Below, in pieces: positions 9,636 through 18,800 of a DNA stretch of 64,000 bases. The stretch's first letter is position 1. Each line of letters starts with the position of its first letter. A program made the position numbers and the translations under genes. A model generated the notes under the pieces. That model saw only the letters and a program-made list of their open reading frames with translations, did not search any database and was not told where the DNA came from. The stretch comes from Candidatus Spongiisociaceae bacterium (GTDB taxonomy: Bacteria; Actinomycetota; Acidimicrobiia; Spongiisociales; Spongiisociaceae), in assembly GCA_965202665.1 (NCBI GenBank), contig OZ241841.1, positions 864,001 to 928,000 of the forward strand, written 5' to 3'.

Positions 9636-10898
9636 GTGAATACGTCCCATCAGGCAACGGGCCGACCGGCGGAGGGCGGGCGGGGGGCGGCGGTGTTCAT
9701 CGCCCCCTCGGCCGCCTACCGGATCGACGACTACGTGGACTCCGCCCGGCGGTTGGGTGTGGATTTGGTTATCGCCACCGAAGCCAACCATTCCCTGGCC
9801 GAAGACATGGGGGCTTCCCTGATTCCGATTGACTTCGACCACCCGGCCGAGGCCGCCGTCCGCATCGCCGCCGCCCGACCGGTGATAGAAGCGGTAACCG
9901 CCCTCGACGACCGGGGGGTGGTGATCGCGGCCGCGGCCGCCGAGTTGCGCGGCTTGCCCCACAACCCGGTGGAGGCGGTGCGGGCCTCCCGCAACAAGGC
10001 GGAAATGCGCCGTCGCCTGGCCGGAGCTGTCCCCGCCCCCGCCCATCGCACGTTGCTGCCCTCGGGCGGCTTGGCGGACGCGGCGCGGGAGGCGGTTCGG
10101 GAAATCGGGTTGCCGGCTGTTGTCAAACCGGCCGGGTTGAACGGCTCCGCCGGGGTGATCCGCGTCGACCGGATGGAGCAGGCGGGGCCGGTGGCGGAGC
10201 GGGTGGGAGCCATAGCCGCCGAACACGGTCAACCGGAAGCGGAAATACTGGTGGAAGAGTTCGCTCCGGGGCCGGAGGTGGCCGTGGAAGGGCTGGTCGC
10301 CGGAGGAGTGTGGGAAACCTTGGCCGTATTCGACAAACCCGACCCGCTGGACGGCCCGTTCTTCCCGGAAACCCACTATGTGACGCCCTCCCGCCACCCC
10401 CGGCCTTTAGTAGAAGAGGCGCAACGGATAGCCGCCCAAGCCGCCCAAGTTTTGGGCATCGTGCGGGGCCCGGTGCACGCCGAACTGCGCCTGGGCCCGC
10501 CACTGCGGCTGTTGGAACTGGCCGCCCGGCCCATCGGCGGGCTATGCGGACGGGCCCTGCGGTTCGGGCTGGCCGACACCCCGCTGGAAGATCTGATTAT
10601 CCGCAACGCCCTGGGGGAACGGGTGCGGGGGACCCGCTTGGCCCCCGGGGCGTCGGGGGCGACGATGATTACCGTCCCCCGCCCGGGGGTGTTCGCCGGA
10701 ATAGACGGGACGGAGCAAGCCCGGGAGCTGGAGGACATCACCGGAGTGGAAGTGAGCTTGATAACGGGGCGGGAAGTCCGCCCGTTGCCGGAAGAGTCCG
10801 TTTACCTGGGGTTTGTGTTCGCCCGGTCCGCCCGCCCCGATCGGGTGGAAGCTGCCCTCCGCCAAGCCACCCGGCTGCTTCGCGTAAAAATGGAGTGA
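9636..10898 (+). CDS. ATP-grasp domain protein (L-amino acid ligase-like)
   Basis: [40 protein letters not shown]; GTG 9636 lies 7 nt after TAAAAT. Confidence 0.85.
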   Translation: MNTSHQATGRPAEGGRGAAVFIAPSAAYRIDDYVDSARRLGVDLVIATEANHSLAEDMGASLIPIDFDHPAEAAVRIAAARPVIEAVTALDDRGVVIAAAAAELRGLPHNPVEAVRASRNKAEMRRRLAGAVPAPAHRTLLPSGGLADAAREAVREIGLPAVVKPAGLNGSAGVIRVDRMEQAGPVAERVGAIAAEHGQPEAEILVEEFAPGPEVAVEGLVAGGVWETLAVFDKPDPLDGPFFPETHYVTPSRHPRPLVEEAQRIAAQAAQVLGIVRGPVHAELRLGPPLRLLELAARPIGGLCGRALRFGLADTPLEDLIIRNALGERVRGTRLAPGASGATMITVPRPGVFAGIDGTEQARELEDITGVEVSLITGREVRPLPEESVYLGFVFARSARPDRVEAALRQATRLLRVKME

Positions 10899-10993
10899 AA
10901 GCCGGCGGGCGGCGGCCGGTTCAGGCTCAAAGTAAGAAACTGACGACGATTAATATGGGGGCGGCGGAGGGGAACGACCGAAGGGACAAGATC

Positions 10994-12457
10994 ATGCGAC
11001 GCTTTATTTTGCCGGCGATTTTGATCTTGGCGGGCGCGGCCTGCGTCAGCCGGAGCGAAGTGGTTTTTGAAGGCGAGATTCCGACTTCCGCCGCCCCCGC
11101 CGCGCCGGAATCGGCGGTCGCTCCCGACTCTGCCGCCCCGACGACGGAAACCGCCCCGCCCTCCAACCCCGCCTCCGGGGAAACCGGCCCCGACCGCCCC
11201 ACTGAAAATTCGGCCGCCCCCGATGCCCCCGCCCCCGCACCGGCACCGGTCGCCCCCCTAACGTTGTCCGACTCCCCGCTGGAAGCCATTCCCGGCCGGA
11301 TCGTGGTCAACGGACCGCAAGTGGATTCGGTGTACGTGCTGGGACCCGACCCGGACCCGCTCGTCCTCTATCAGGAGCCGGGCGGGTTCGCCGCCCAACC
11401 CACCTGGTCTCCGGATGGGGGGAGGGTGGCCTGGTCGCAAAACACCGGGACGGTCCCGTCGGTGGTGGTGCGTTCGCTGGCGGACGACGGGGAGAATAAA
11501 TATCCCACCCCTTTCGCCCCCTTCTACATCCAGTGGCGCCCGGATGGGAGGGCTTTGGCTTTGCTGGGCCCCACCCTGGGGGGAACCGGACTGGCGGTGT
11601 TGGATCTTGACCGAGGGGAGGTGGCCTTCAAAAACTCGGCCCTTTCCTTCTATCTGCAATGGTCGCCCCGGGACGAAGACCGGATGATCACCCACTTGGA
11701 TTCGGCCCGGCTGGAACTGCTGCGTCCGGACGGCAACGACGTCACCCCCCTGTCCGCCACCCCCGGCGGTTTTCTGTCGGCGGTGTGGACGGCGGACGGG
11801 CGTTCGGTGGCCTACGTCAAGTCGCCCGATCAGACCGGCCCCGGCCCCCCCTACCAACTGGCCCTGCTGGATGTGGAATCGGGGAATGCGGCGGCGCTGG
11901 CCGAAGGGAACGGCTTCTTCGATTTTGATTTCTCCCCGGATGGGCGGCGGATGGCTTATTCGGTGCGAACCCTGGAGGGGGAAACTCAAATGTTTCTACT
12001 GGATTTGGAAAACGGCGGGTCGGAGAAAGTGGCGGCCCCGGGGGTGTTCGCCTGGCAGTGGAGTCCGGACAGCCGCAAAATCCTGTTGCTGGGCTTGGAG
12101 GGGGGCCTGGTTTCCCTGCAGGTTTATCAGAAAGGAAAAATCACCTCCTATCAGAGCATCGTCCCCACTGACAATTTCCTGCGCAACTACCTGCTGTTCT
12201 GGGGGCAGTACCGGCTCAGCCTGGACTTGTGGGCCCCGGACAGTTCCGCTTTCGTGTTCACCGCCGCCGACCGGGGCCAGGATCGGGTTTTTCTGCAACG
12301 TTTGGACGATGAGTTCCCGGTGTTGCTCGCCCCCGGTTCCATGGCCGCCTTCTCCCCCGCCGACCCGGCCTTCCTTCCCCCGGCCAACGGCTCGGAGGGG
12401 GGCGGCCAAGCCGACGAAGCAGCGGGGGACGGCGGGGCGAACGGGGCGAACCTCTAG
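10994..12457 (+). CDS. Lipoprotein with TolB/PD40-like beta-propeller
   Basis: MRRFILPAILILAGAAC lipobox-like, Pro/Ala linker, repeated WSPDG/FSPDG blades. Confidence 0.8.
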   Translation: MRRFILPAILILAGAACVSRSEVVFEGEIPTSAAPAAPESAVAPDSAAPTTETAPPSNPASGETGPDRPTENSAAPDAPAPAPAPVAPLTLSDSPLEAIPGRIVVNGPQVDSVYVLGPDPDPLVLYQEPGGFAAQPTWSPDGGRVAWSQNTGTVPSVVVRSLADDGENKYPTPFAPFYIQWRPDGRALALLGPTLGGTGLAVLDLDRGEVAFKNSALSFYLQWSPRDEDRMITHLDSARLELLRPDGNDVTPLSATPGGFLSAVWTADGRSVAYVKSPDQTGPGPPYQLALLDVESGNAAALAEGNGFFDFDFSPDGRRMAYSVRTLEGETQMFLLDLENGGSEKVAAPGVFAWQWSPDSRKILLLGLEGGLVSLQVYQKGKITSYQSIVPTDNFLRNYLLFWGQYRLSLDLWAPDSSAFVFTAADRGQDRVFLQRLDDEFPVLLAPGSMAAFSPADPAFLPPANGSEGGGQADEAAGDGGANGANL

Positions 12458-12466
12458 GGGCATCGG

Positions 12467-13120
12467 GTGCGGGCCTTCGTCTTCTGCGGGGGGGAACCCG
12501 TTCCGGCGGAACGTTGGGCGGGGCTGGCCAAACCCGACTTGGCGGTGGCCGCCGACTCGGGAGCGGAGACGGCTGTCGGGGCCGGGTGGAAATTGGATGC
12601 GTTGGTGGGCGACTTGGATTCCATCTCCGCCTCCGTCTTGGAACAGGTGCGGGAATCCGGGGCTGTGTTGGAAACCCATCCGGCGGACAAGGACTCCACC
12701 GACTTGGCTTTGGCCCTGCGGTGGGCGGCGCAGCGGGGAGCGGAGGCGATAACGGTGATCGGGGGCGGCGGGGGGCGGATGGATCACCTGCTGGGAAACG
12801 CGGCGGTCATCTGCGACCCGGCTTGGGCCGGGGTGGAAATACGCTGGATCACCGCCCGGGAAACCGCCTACCCGGTGCATGGGGAACTAAAACTGACCGC
12901 GGAACAAACCCCGGAGGGGACGACGGTGAGCGTGCTGGCGGTGGGCGGCGCCGCGACAGGGGTTACATTGCGCGGACTGCGCTGGCCGTTGCGATCCGCC
13001 CGGCTGGAACCTTGGTCGTCGCTGGGAATCAGCAACGCCTCCCGGGGCGGGCCGGTGACGGTGCGGGTGGAAAGCGGGACGGCGCTGACGGTGGTCAACC
13101 GCCCGTATCAAGCGGGGTAG
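12467..13120 (+). CDS. thiN: Thiamine diphosphokinase
   Basis: AADSGA, VGDLDS, DKDSTDL, GGRMDHLLGN, GLRWPL, GISN motifs. Confidence 0.92.
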   Translation: MRAFVFCGGEPVPAERWAGLAKPDLAVAADSGAETAVGAGWKLDALVGDLDSISASVLEQVRESGAVLETHPADKDSTDLALALRWAAQRGAEAITVIGGGGGRMDHLLGNAAVICDPAWAGVEIRWITARETAYPVHGELKLTAEQTPEGTTVSVLAVGGAATGVTLRGLRWPLRSARLEPWSSLGISNASRGGPVTVRVESGTALTVVNRPYQAG

Positions 13121-14082
13121 ACCCCGGGGTTGGCGCAACGGGGCATGCGGCGTCCGGTGAGGGCCGCCGCCAAGTTTTGGGCGGCCATCTCCGCCATGCG
13201 GGTGCGGGTGCGCACCGTGGCGCTGCCGATGTGGGGAACGATCAGGCAGTTGGGGGCCGCTACCAGCGGATGGTCGGCGGGGATGGGCTCCGGGTCGGTC
13301 ACATCCAAGCCGGCGGCGGCGATGGTCCCGTCCGCCAAAGCCTCCGCCAAAGCTTCGGCGTCCACCACCGGGCCGCGGGAGGCGTTGACCAAGGTGGCGG
13401 TCGGCTTCATCCGGCGCAGGGCGTCGCGGTCGATCAGATGCCGGGTGTCGGCGGTCAACCCGACCAGGACCACAACATGATCCGCCTCCCCGCACAGGTC
13501 CGGCAACGAGCGGAACTCCGCTCCCAGCCGGGCCTCCGCCTCCGCATCCCGGCGGCGGCGGTTGTAAATTATCCGCATCCCGAACCCGGCCGCCCGCCGG
13601 GCCACCGCCTGCCCGATCCGTCCCAACCCGATTATTCCCAAGGTGGAACCGTGCAGGTCGTAACCCAGCATTCCCCGCGGGTCCCATTCCCCCCACTCCC
13701 CCGCCGCCACCTGCGCCATCCCCTCTTTGAAGCGGCGGGCGGCCGCGATCAGCAAACCGAAAGCTACGTCGGCGGTGGTTTCGGTCAGCACATCCGGGGT
13801 GTGGCCCACCGGAATGGCCCGTTCCGAGCAGGCGGCCAAGTCAATGTTGTCCACCCCCACCGCCATCTGGCTGACCGCCCGCAACCGGGGGGCGGCCTCC
13901 AACAGTTCCCGGTCAATCCGGTCGGTGAGCATCACCAGCAAACCCTCCGCCTCACCGGCCCGGGCCAGCAACTCCCCCCGGGGAATGGGGCGATCCTCCG
14001 GCCATATCCACACCGGCCCCACCGGCTCCAGCATCTCCTCCACCACCCGGAAAGTCCGGCGGGTAACCGCCACCCGCGTCAC
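13108..14082 (-). CDS. D-2-hydroxyacid dehydrogenase (glyoxylate/hydroxypyruvate reductase-like)
   Basis: GVDNID, GIIGLGRIG, LVNASRG, AGLDVTDPEP, PHIGSA. Confidence 0.92.
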   Translation of the reverse strand: MTRVAVTRRTFRVVEEMLEPVGPVWIWPEDRPIPRGELLARAGEAEGLLVMLTDRIDRELLEAAPRLRAVSQMAVGVDNIDLAACSERAIPVGHTPDVLTETTADVAFGLLIAAARRFKEGMAQVAAGEWGEWDPRGMLGYDLHGSTLGIIGLGRIGQAVARRAAGFGMRIIYNRRRRDAEAEARLGAEFRSLPDLCGEADHVVVLVGLTADTRHLIDRDALRRMKPTATLVNASRGPVVDAEALAEALADGTIAAAGLDVTDPEPIPADHPLVAAPNCLIVPHIGSATVRTRTRMAEMAAQNLAAALTGRRMPRCANPGVYPA

Positions 14083-15806
14083 AGTACTTGCGCCCGCTGC
14101 AAAGCCTCCCCCACCTCCCCCGCCCCCGAATAGGTAACCGTCAACTCATCCTGGGCCCGCGTCATCCCCACGTACAGCAACGATTTGACACCATGAATAT
14201 CATCCTCCCCACCGGGGACCCAAACCAGATTGGCCCCGCAGATAAACACCTTCCCGAACTCCAACCCTTTGAACTGGTACAGGTTGGCGATTCGCACATT
14301 GCCTTTTGCGTTGATCACATTCTCCTTGCCACCACTAAATATATGAGCAAACGAAATATTCCGAACGGTAAAGGCTCGCTTCAACTCAGATACCATACTG
14401 CTGTTTCCAGAAATAACTGCTACATCGTCAGGTGATGCTCCTCTTTCCAGATGTTTGGAAACCCGTTCAGCAACTTCGGCGGCTTCCCTAGTAGTATCCG
14501 CGCAAGCTACCACTCTAGGAGGCAAACCAGTGCGACGGGACGCCTCCGGCGGAACCACCGCTGTCTCATCATCCGGATCAAACTTGCCATCCGTCCAGTC
14601 CGAGGAACCGGTTAGGAAGTTCATGGCGAACTCCAGTATCTCCCGGGTGTTGCGGTAGTTGACCGTCATAATGCTGGAACGTCCGCGGGCGGTTAACTCC
14701 GGCGGATTCCAAAGTGTCCGGCGACGGTATATGTCCTGGGCGCTGTCATAGGCCACCACGAAATCCTTCTCTTCCGGATGTCCCGGCCTTACCATCGCGT
14801 AAGCGAGGTCAAGATGGGATTTCCGCAAGTCCTGGGCTTCATCCACCAAAACCAGGTGATACAGATCATCCGCTGGCCAATGGGAAACCATCTTTAGCGC
14901 CTCCTGTCGCAACCTTTCCCAACCATCCTCCGTTTTGAGATTGAACTTCTTTCCAGAGTGACCCGCAATTCCTTTGGCCAGCGAATCCACCGTTTGAACG
15001 GTGATATTCTTATGCTCCCTCGCCAACTCTTGCAAGGCCAGAGACAACGCTCTGTTGAAGCAGAGTAGCAACACCCGATACTGGGGAAAATGGCGGGCTA
15101 TGAAACGGGCGCGGTGCAGGAGCACCAAGGTCTTGCCGCTCCCCGCCACCCCTCTGATACGCCGGTAACCGGGACCTAAATATTCGGCCAGTCTTTCCTG
15201 TTGCCGGTCCATAACCGCAAAAACGTCTTCTTCGTCGCCGGGAGGACTGAAAACCAGCTGGTTGTCCCGAACCGGCTTTTTGATAACTATTTTCGGATTG
15301 ACCGCCGCCCGGGCCGCTTTTTCCTGCTCCTCGGTCAACGGCCCGCCCTGGTTGGACAGAATGCGGCCAATGGCTCCCCGAAAGGCGGACGAAGCCAGAT
15401 CTTCGGCGAACAGAACCGTCTCGCCCGCTTCGGCGAGTTCGACGCTTAACGATCCCCCTCGTTTCGTATCAGGCAAAGCCAACACGTTCTTGACCGGCAA
15501 GGAAGCAATCGGCTCCGCCTGAGCCCCCCGTCCCAGGTTTTTCAGCTCTTCTGCAACCTGCTGGCGAACTTCCTTAGCTTCGGGGGTGAACTTGCGACGC
15601 CTGGCCTGGCGGGAACGTTCCGGAGGTGCTTCGATCACCAGAATTCCGGCCGCTGGGTCTAGGAGGACCAAAAACTTATGTTCTTCTTCTTTCAGCCAGA
15701 CGGTCACCTCCTCCGGCAGGTTATCCCGAGCGGCCCGGGCTATGCTTTGCAAACGACGAGAGACGTTGTTGCGGCTAGGCAGATTCTCCGGCAACAAGAA
15801 GGCCAT
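14079..15806 (-). CDS. SF1 (UvrD-like) helicase with degenerate N-terminal NERD domain
   Basis: GVAGSGKT, LLLCFNRAL, LVDEAQD, YDSAQDIY, NYRNTREI, FKGLEF, LYVGMTRA; N-terminal HKFLVLLDPAAGILVIEAP resembles NERD without catalytic residues. Confidence 0.85.
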   Translation of the reverse strand: MAFLLPENLPSRNNVSRRLQSIARAARDNLPEEVTVWLKEEEHKFLVLLDPAAGILVIEAPPERSRQARRRKFTPEAKEVRQQVAEELKNLGRGAQAEPIASLPVKNVLALPDTKRGGSLSVELAEAGETVLFAEDLASSAFRGAIGRILSNQGGPLTEEQEKAARAAVNPKIVIKKPVRDNQLVFSPPGDEEDVFAVMDRQQERLAEYLGPGYRRIRGVAGSGKTLVLLHRARFIARHFPQYRVLLLCFNRALSLALQELAREHKNITVQTVDSLAKGIAGHSGKKFNLKTEDGWERLRQEALKMVSHWPADDLYHLVLVDEAQDLRKSHLDLAYAMVRPGHPEEKDFVVAYDSAQDIYRRRTLWNPPELTARGRSSIMTVNYRNTREILEFAMNFLTGSSDWTDGKFDPDDETAVVPPEASRRTGLPPRVVACADTTREAAEVAERVSKHLERGASPDDVAVISGNSSMVSELKRAFTVRNISFAHIFSGGKENVINAKGNVRIANLYQFKGLEFGKVFICGANLVWVPGGEDDIHGVKSLLYVGMTRAQDELTVTYSGAGEVGEALQRAQVL

Positions 15807-15818
15807 AATCCGTCAACT

Positions 15819-18800
15819 CTAGATAAGCGCCCGGCCCGTCGCCGTCAGAACCAAGGTTTTGTATTCGGTTCCATTCCACTCCCGGGGCTCTTCATCCACC
15901 AGTTCCTCCTCTATCATCCCCTCGAAAGTCCTAGCAACACCCTCCGCGCCTAGGAGGCGCAATCGGCCGCGGAGCGGGTGCGCCTGCAGTTCATTGGGCA
16001 ACAGTTTCGCCCCCCGCTCACCGGACAAGCAATTTTTAAGATTACGGTCGGAAAAATTGCGACCGTCCGCCCAATCCAACAAATACAGTATCACCCGCCG
16101 CGGCTCGATGGACTCCACCAAGCGCTCCTTGGTGACCTCCGTCTTGGCCCAAGGGCGGGGCAGATCAGGGGTGCAAGCATCGCATCCGCCGCAACGACCC
16201 GAGCCGTCGCTGCCAAAATATTCAAGGAGCGAAGCCCGCAGGCAGGATATTTTCTCCCGGGCGAACTTGCGCGCTTGCAACGCCTTCTGTTCCACGATTT
16301 CCTTACGCTCATTGCTCAGCTGGTCCGCTTGCGACCAATCCGGTTCCGCATCCAACAACCTTTCCACCGTCCACCCGTATTTCCATGTTGGGAAAGCGAC
16401 GATGTTGCGCCGGGCTAACTCGAACAGGTCCGACTCCGCCTGCGGGATAGAGCAACCCAACCTCTCCGCCCAGATGGGGCTGTATCTGCCCCCCTCCGAC
16501 TCAACTAGTTTCAGTATCCGCCCGGCTCTTTCCGCCAACTCCGGTTTTTCTTCCTGTAGCTCCTCCACCTTGTTCCGAGAACGGGCGTCGGCGATCACCC
16601 GGCCCTCTAACACAAAGTCCTGCTCTCGGCGCACCGCTCCTATTTTCCCCAAATAATGCAGGGCCAGTTGCGCCGCCTCTTTCCGGGAACGGCCTTTTTC
16701 ATCTCGTAATAAGTCGTCCAAGTCCAAATGATTGCTCCCCAAATCCAGCCTCGCCCACGCCTTTTTCAAATCCTCGCGAGAGGGTACCGCATTATCGACG
16801 AAAAACTGGTGTATGCGGCAGTCGCGCGGGGTGGTTAGCAACACGGCGGTTCCCTTTTCCAATTCGCGGGCCGCCCGGCCTGTTTCCTGCACGTATTCTT
16901 CAATGGAGGCTGGCATCTCCAAGTGGACGATGAGGGCTATGTTCGGCTTGTCAATACCCATGCCGAAGGCTTTGGTGGCGACCACCACGTCGATCTCATC
17001 GTGGATGAACGCATCCTCCACATAGTTCCTCTCCTCACCGGTCATTCCGCCGTGATAAGCGCGCGCCGAAACGCCTGCGGCCCGCAACATGGCCCCCAAA
17101 TTGGCCGCATCCGCCTGCCTGGGAACATACACGATGGCGCTCTGGTCGCGGAAGCAATCCACGATCTTCGCCACCTTCACCACTCGGTCGTCAAAATCTT
17201 TACATTTTTCCCGGTAATACCGAATTTCGGGACGGTCCGGGAGTTGAACAATCTGCCGGGCCGTATCGTCCAAGCCCAGCAAATCCCGGGTTTCCCCGAT
17301 AGTCCGGCCGGTGGCGGTGGCGGTGACCGCCAAAGTGGGAACCCGCTTCCCGCAGATTTCCTCCAATGCTTTCGGGATCAACGAGTATTCGGGGCGGAAA
17401 GCATGACCCCATTGGGAGATGCAGTGGGCTTCGTCCACCGCCACCCGGGACACTTCCACCTTGGCCAAGCGACTGCGGAAATTGGGTGACCAGAGCCGTT
17501 CCGGGCTCACATACAGCAGTTTGTACGACCCCCGGGCCGCCTCCTCTAAAATATCGTCCTGTTCGCTTTGCGGCACCCCGCTGTAAATACCAGCCGCCGC
17601 GGTTACCCCCCGGGCCCGCAGATTGTGAATCTGGTTGCGCATCAGGGCGATGAGGGGTGAAATCACCAGCGTCACCCCGGGGGACAACAGGGCGGGCAAC
17701 TGATAGGTAAGGGACTTGCCGGAACCGGTGGGCAACACCGCCACCGCATCCCTGCCCGTCATAAACGGGATCATCGTTTCCAGTTGGCCGTCGCGCCACT
17801 GCTCATGACCGATCAACCCCCGGGCTTCCTCCAACAGGTTCACGATTAACTTCTCGTCCGGCTCCTCCCCGCTGGCAACCCTCCGATCCAACCCCAACTG
17901 CAACACCTGGTTTTCCCAAGGGTCGGCGCTGGTTATGCTACTTATTTTCTCCCTGAGTTCATCGTCGAACTCAAAACCCAAATGTTCGGCTATCTTCTGA
18001 TAGGCCTCCTCCCGGGACGAGACTTCCTTTACGGCGGGCGGCCCGACCAGGCTTTTCAGCAACAAATGCTGATAGGAACCGGGACGGCACAACCGGTTGT
18101 CCAACACCGCCGAAACTCCGATATCGGTTTCGGTTCTGATCAGCCTCCCCACTCCCTGGGCGAAGCGCAACCCCGCCCGGGGAACCATATAATGGGTGAA
18201 GGGGTCTTTGTCTTTTAGTTCCATCTGTTCCATGCGGGCCCCGGCCACCGGATCGGCGGGCGAATCGAACGGCACCTTCTCGATGAGCAGGAGGCTCAGC
18301 GACTCACCGGGAATGTCCACCCCCTCCCAAAAAGAGCGGACGCCCAACAGGCAGGCTGGGATTTGGTTGCGCATTTCTTCCATTAGCTGCGCGGCGGGGC
18401 CTTCGCCTTGCGCCAACAGGGGAATCCCCAACGCCTGCAAAGGCGGGCGGGCGTGGTCCCGTACGCTTTCCAAACGGGCGCGGGCGGTAAACAAGGCCAT
18501 GGACCGCCCGCCGGTCAGGGTGAACAGACGGGGTATTTCCTCCGCTTCCGCCTGTTCGAATAGCTCCAACAGGGACCCCCGGGGGGCGGGCAGATAATCG
18601 GTCAGCAACAGCAGGTGATTCTCCGGCAGTTGCTCAAAGGGCGTGGGCACCACCTCGCGGCGGGCCGTCCCCAAACCTAAAACGTCGAGCAGGTAACTGA
18701 AATCGCCTCCGACTTGGAGGGTGGCCGAAGTCAGGCAAACCGAATCAAGTTTCTCCCACAACTCTCCCAACTGACCGGAAATGGAAATGGGCGCCCGGCG

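Noticed and set aside
9429-10397. Extended nucS ORF (542 aa)
   Set aside because: Antisense to the ATP-grasp gene; NucS homology begins at 9428
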